Made by a program: the position numbers and the translations under genes. A DNA stretch of 64,000 nucleotides. Origin: Marsupella aquatica (Eukaryota > Plantae > Marchantiophyta). The stretch is taken from the NCBI GenBank assembly GCA_973895155.1, contig OZ316897.1:1576515-1640514 (forward strand), written 5' to 3'. Shown here piece after piece: positions 58,596-64,000 of the stretch. The notes under the pieces are model-generated. The model was not told where the DNA came from and searched no databases. It was given only the letters and a program-made list of their open reading frames with translations. The stretch's first letter is position 1. Each line of letters starts with the position of its first letter.

Positions 58596-61500
58596 TCAGA
58601 CGATATTGGCATTTGCTACAAGGCCGCGGACCTCAGTTAGAGTCAAGATAGGTTGGTTTACACATTGATCCGTGTCAATGTCCCTTTTACAGATGTTTGC
58701 AAAGCACCAGTACAAGTGCTTGCACGGGAAGTAGGCTCTTCCCATCCACTCCCTGTACATGAAATCCTTGCAGGAGCAACTTGGGAAGACACAGATCTGG
58801 ACGCAATTACTGAAGTTCACCCCCTGCTAGTGTTGTTCACCATGAGCCTTATGCCGGTAGCATTCCCTGTTTCAATTCTCCTCATTGACATGCACACAAT
58901 GGCCTCGGTCTTAGCATTTTGGATACGTGCTAATGCATCCTTGGGGGGGTCTGACCTCCTTTGCCTTGCCTGGCCATTGCGGCGAGTACCACGATCGTCA
59001 GGCCTTGTAGGATCTGGCCGCTCTGGGTATGTGTTCAAATCCATGATGATGTCGCCAGCACTCACTACCTCATTCATAACATCACCACCAGAAATGACAT
59101 CCACTCCATTGTTGTGCAGGAAAATAACCTCTGCTTCTGTAAGATTAGTACCACGAGAGACCGGAAACTTTGAAGGCAGTGGTGGTAGCACGCCGGTAAT
59201 GAAAGGCAAAGAGGATTTTGTGCAACACTGGTTGTTCGGACAAAACCAATACGGATATGGAACACCTGGTTCATTAAATTTACTCCCCGCCAGCCAACAA
59301 ATACCAACAACACCCAATCCGCTCACTTTCAATCCTGCCTCTCTAATAAATCGAGCACATACTCCCCGTTCCTTGCCTTTGAACGCACCTCTACAACCGG
59401 GACTCTTACCACATGTTGAGATGCGGGCCAGAAATAACGTCCCTGGCACCAAATCAGTTTCCTGAACATGTCTTCTGACGGGCTCCGGACGTGGGGTTGA
59501 CCTTGTTGTCCGTTGGAGAGGTTCCACAACGACAACTTCAGGCTCGCCCGAGCCACTACCGCCATCAGAAGACAGATCCACAACTTCAGGATCTGTGCTT
59601 TTTAAGGATGCATCCCTGTTTGCAACCCCCTTGAACTTCCTCTTCTTTGGTCTCGTTACCAAAACAATGTCAGGCCTGTGTGAATCTTCTACTACCACAT
59701 GAGCGCCAGATACGGCCTTCCCGCGCTTCATAGAAACCGTTTCTACATCTCCGCTAAGTGGGTCCGCCGACGAGAACTTACGCAATTCTGGTTGAGTTAT
59801 AACTGTGTTCAATTTTGAAAAGAAAGATTCCACATTCCCAACAGCAGTAGCGTCTCGAAGTCGGAGTTCAAATAGGCTCGGTCCCCGCCCTTTCCTCCCA
59901 CTGTGTTGGTAGTGCTCCAAAGATGCAACCTGGCTCAATGCTCGAGTTGCATCTAAGTTACAGGACTATACTAACCCAACCTTTCTATTAGAGGACCATT
60001 TCCGCATGACCGCATGCACCGACTCTGCCCCGCTGTGGTTAGGCATCAGCGCAGCCTTTTCTCTGTCCATCTCCTACAATTTCCAAGAAGAATGTCAATA
60101 CAATTGGAAACATATCTCGGCGACCGCCGCCGATATTTGATAGAAAGCGTTACAGACAGAGGTCGTCCAATTGAACATCCCTTCAACTGACCCCATGTCA
60201 GCGAGCTTCGCCGAGATTTGACGGATTTCATGCATATAGAGGAAAAGCGTTAGACACTTACGAGTCTCAAAAAATTTCCCCATTGAGAAAACCGAACAAT
60301 CCACCAAGACATCCACGTTGTGAGCTCCTTCGCTTTTCCGGGTAGCGCGTTGCCCTTGCTCCACCACGTCTTAAGCTTCTCAAAAACTCGAAATGCAAGA
60401 ACTATGTTGCCGGTGTGTCGAAGCGAATCTAGAATTTCCTTATGCTCAAATCTCTTCTGTGGGACAATGTGCTTCTGCACCCTCTCCACTGATTGGGCCC
60501 AGTGAAACGCATCAGACCTCTCTCTATGGGTATTTACCTTTCCATCCCAAAATTCATTGCGGATTGCATTCCACCCAGCAGCAGCATTATCAGTCATAAA
60601 GCCACAAAATTCAACATTGATAAGCCCATGTTCTCCACACACCCTCCTCATGACCTTCCATGCAGTTTGTAATGCCGCACTATCTTCTGAAACCAGCTCA
60701 CAAACAAAGATTGTGCACAGGCCCCGATAGAAATGGTCATACACGTGTGCTGACATGGTGCACCATTTGTTGTCAAGTATACGATGCATCACATCAGACA
60801 TCCCCCATGAATGCTCGAGATCCCCGCCTGGCTGCATTCTTCGAACAAGGTCCACCCCGGAACCAGGACCTTCTGTACTCATTTTAAAAATGTGCGGTCG
60901 CTCGTCTGTTTCCACGTTCTGGGATGGGAACAAAACACTTTGGATAAACGGAAAGGCAGTCACCTTCCGCATCTCCAGTATCATGTTAAGATCAGACGAC
61001 ACATGACTGTACTTCTTGATGCTCCTGATCATAGAGCGAAAAACGGATTCATCACCGAGGATGGACAACATTTCATTAAGGTCTCTTGCCTCCTCAGATG
61101 TCACCATTTTAGCCACTGGGTCTTCAAGGATATCTTTAAGTTTCTGTATTGCCTCGCCCTTGATAACAGATGGCATAGCAGTTGGACTCCTCTTCAGCTC
61201 CACCTCCACAAGATTGCGCACAACTGATCGTTGATCCTTGTTATGCGTGAACATTGCAGGATGGGTGTGATTTCCTATATGCATCGCAACACGAGACTTG
61301 TGACAATAATTCACGTCATCCTTGGTTGGAGTGATATAGTACATCTCACTTGGGCATCGAGCTATACACCTGGGAGGCCTCTTGCAGTACATACAAATTA
61401 CACTCGACGGGGGAACATCGCGTCCAACAGGGAAAGGTAGCTCATTTGTGCCTGCTCGATCTCGGGTCCACTTTGCAGAATTGTGCTCTTGTCGCTGTTG

Positions 61501-61824
61501 AAAATTTTCACAATCCTCATGCAGACATCGCAGAGAACCCAAACACTTGACGCTTTGGATCTTGTACGAGTGACTACTGTTGTTCAGCTTTGGGCCAATG
61601 TTTGCTCCCGTCTCAATTAACCGGCTCCACATGTAACAATCGTTCTTGCGCTCCATCCCAAAGAAGAAACAACCCTTAGAGTATGGACCAGTAAAGGGTG
61701 GCAACTCAAAAATATGGTCTCCATCATAGAATTCTGGCAATCGCAGAACTCTCTCGGGCAATTTCATGCTCAAAATCTTACGAGCAACTTGTACACAACG
61801 AGAGGTCCCTTTTCCGTGCAACAT
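58596..61824 (-). pseudogene. MULE-type DDE transposase with an N-terminal GCM-like Zn domain and a C-terminal SWIM finger
   Basis: GMSD, FMTD..AGWNAI, DAFH and GAESVH catalytic-type motifs; SWIM CSCKDF..PCKHL; intron 60074-60261; TAG at 59966-59968; frameshift at ~58820. Confidence 0.8.
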
Positions 61825-61896
61825 GGCATGAACAACACTGACAAGGAACTCATCCTTCCATACCGAATCACCATCTTGGAGACCCTCGCGGAGGAT

Positions 61897-62610
61897 GGAC
61901 TGTTCAACATCGACTCTCCGAGTCGGAGCATCATCAACTTTTTATCCCTACTCCTACTCGGCGAGGGTCTCTGAGATCTATTCGGGACTCCTGGGGCCCA
62001 CACTCCTGTGCAAGCTCGAGTTTCACAGTAGGAAATTTGTTGACTTTTCAACATTGACTGTTCAACATTGACTCTCCGAGTCGGAGCATCATCGACTTTT
62101 TATCTCTACTCCTACTCGGCGAGGGTCTCTGAGATCTATTCGGGACTCCTGGGGCCCACACTCCTGTGCAAGCGAGAGTTTCTCAGTAGGAGATTTGTTG
62201 TTTTTGCAACATTGACTGTTCAACATCGACTCTCCGAGTCGGAGCATCATCGACTTTTTATCCCTACTCCTACTCGGCGAGGGTCTCTGAGATCTATTCG
62301 GGACACCTGGGGCCCACACTCCTGTGCAAGCGAGAGTTTCTCAGTAGGAGATTTGTTGTTTTTGCAACATTGACTGTTCAACATCGACTCTCCGAGTCGG
62401 AGCATCATCGACTTTTTATCCCTACTCCTACTCGGCGAGGGTCTTTGAGATCTATTCGGGACACCTGGGGCCCACACTCCTGTGCAAGCGAGAGTTTCTT
62501 AGTAGGAGATTTGTTGTTTTTGCAACATTGACTGTTCAACATTGACTCTCCGAGTCGGAGCATCATCAAATTTTGATTTCGTCTCTTACTCGGCGAGGGT
62601 CTCTGAGATG
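61897..62610. repeat. 158-bp tandem array (about 4.5 units) directly upstream of the transposase ATG
   Basis: GACTGTTCAACAT anchors at ~61898, 62056, 62214, 62372 and 62530. Confidence 0.95.
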
Positions 62611-63414
62611 GATTTGGATGTAGGATTCCCAGATTGCCTCCTTGGCGCAGGTCTACTTCAGAGTTTGGTGTCGGTTGTCTGGAGTGCATATCATACTCGA
62701 CGAGCCTCTCTGAGATATATTCGAGCATTGTAAAAGAGAGAAAACGTCGGTCTGTACGGATATTTGCAAAAAAAATTGGATTCATGGTACGGAGAAGCGT
62801 TTATAGTTCCATAATCCCATTTGGGCAAGGGTCTCCGAGATATATTCGAGCATTGTAGAGGAAAAAACGCCCAATTTGGAGTTGCCGAGTCGTTTTGTAC
62901 GGATAATTGTAAGGGTCCGTACATAGTCCCAATTTTGGCGAGGGTCTCCGACATCTTGGGTCCCACGGCGGGGGACTAGTGCCTCTCAATTCCATCTCGG
63001 AGAGGGTCTCCGAGAGACATGATGCCTGATCTGCCTTACCTTTCCTCCCGTGATATGGTCCAAGAGTTTAGAGGCATTGCCATTTCATGCACACTACTCC
63101 TTCTCGAAGAGGGTCTCCGAGAGTACAAGGTGTCTGAAGTTCTTCATCTCCTAGATAAAGTGAAGACATTTGGGGCACGCCTTTCTATGTTGGTGAGGGT
63201 CTCTGACATGGAGCAGGGGTCTTTTGGATTTAGATTGTCAACTTCCTTGTCCACAATCCTCTTTTGTGAGTGTCTCAAAACAGGATGACTACCAGATGTG
63301 GCACACCACGCCATCTCGAAGAGGGTCTCCGAGATCTATCGGTGTTGTCTCATTGCAGCTTTGTATACCCCACCCAAGGGTATATAGGTTTAGGGTTTAA
63401 AGTTCTTTGTCAAT

Positions 63415-63630
63415 CCCGCTATCCATTCTCGGTGAGGGTCTTTGAGATTTGGACTCGTATTGTGGGCCCCCATTCCCTCTTTGGGACGAGGCTCCGAGAT
63501 GTTGACACGTCTCAGTATTGGCCCGCTATCCATTCTCGGCGAGGGTCTTTGAGATTTGGACTCGTATTGTGGGCCCCCATTCCCTCTTTGGGACGAGGCT
63601 CTGAGATGTTGACACCTCTCAGTATGGGCC
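63415..63630. repeat. 107-bp tandem duplication
   Basis: ATCCATTCTCGG at 63421 and 63528. Confidence 0.85.
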
Positions 63631-63639
63631 ACAATTAAT

Positions 63640-64000
63640 TGTTGGCGATGGTCTTTGAGATTTGGACCCTAAATCTCATACCCCCATACTGGGTCGTAAA
63701 CCCTAGAACCTTACGTACTTTCTTGTTTGGCCGCGTACTTTCTTGTTTGGCCCGTTAATTAACAAGATGTACGTTCTCTAGTATAGTTCGGATCTCCCGT
63801 ATCCATGTACTTGTGTGCGGTGCGGTACCGGGGATCTCTCGTATCCATGGAGTACTTCCGTGCGGTGCGGTATGTGCGGTACGAGGGTCCTTCCTTACTC
63901 TTCCTCGTCACCGGTGCGGTACGTGCGGTATGAGGGTCCTTCTTCCTTACTCTTCCTCGTCACTCTTGCTCTTCACGCTTCGTTAGGGCTTTCAACGTCG
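63640..64000 (+). promoter_or_regulatory. Inverted homologue of the upstream region of F-box-like gene 1 (57255-57535)
   Basis: GCGTACTTTCTTGTTTGG, AACAAGATGTACGTT, CCCGTATCCATG and TTCCTTACTCTTCCTC are all reverse complements of segments in 57255-57535, in colinear order. Confidence 0.75.

Larger units (their letters stand above)
53030..64000 (-). mobile_element. Large Mutator-like (MULE) DNA transposon with cargo genes, right end outside the window
   Basis: Terminus GGAGTAAAGGTACATCATCAGTTATCAGT shared with the MITE; transposase at 58596-61824; CGGCGAG(GGTC) motif throughout. Confidence 0.75.

Noticed and set aside
58653-59465. 270-aa plus-strand ORF (and similar shadows such as 10887-11441, 47799-48326, 49680-50153)
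   Set aside because: Antisense shadows of longer coding frames with no motifs of their own.
62089-62785. Repeated near-identical short ORFs
   Set aside because: Artefacts of the 158-bp tandem array.

Overview
Eukaryotic, repeat-dense, probably heterochromatic land-plant DNA. GT-AG introns, TTTAGGG telo-boxes and a plant NSRP1 pseudogene support this; a bryophyte/liverwort origin is my inference only. Most of the window is nested mobile elements. (1) Six TG..CA elements of 2.3-4.7 kb look like giant solo LTRs, and four have 5-bp target-site duplications (two exact, two with one mismatch). Five of the six carry one large ORF inside the element, encoding a shared ~200-aa domain (resembling plant Ty3/gypsy accessory Transposase_32/PMD-type domains) followed by low-complexity or coiled-coil sequence. 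No gag/pol is visible in the window. (2) A host element marked by an AGCGCC(TG/GA)GCGCT motif carries an intron-containing beta-class N4C/N6A DNA-methyltransferase-like gene and three tandem FCP1/SCP phosphatase-like domains, all with altered catalytic motifs. (3) A >11-kb Mutator-like DNA transposon (GCM-like Zn domain + DDE + SWIM) carries two F-box-like genes, a 4x AT-hook gene and tandem arrays of its own TCGGCGAGGGTC motif; a 574-bp MITE shares its terminus. Also present: a decayed LINE ORF1, an NSRP1 pseudogene, an intact intronless PD-(D/E)xK nuclease-like gene and a C2H2-finger pseudogene. All family assignments come from motif reading by eye and need HMM or structure confirmation.
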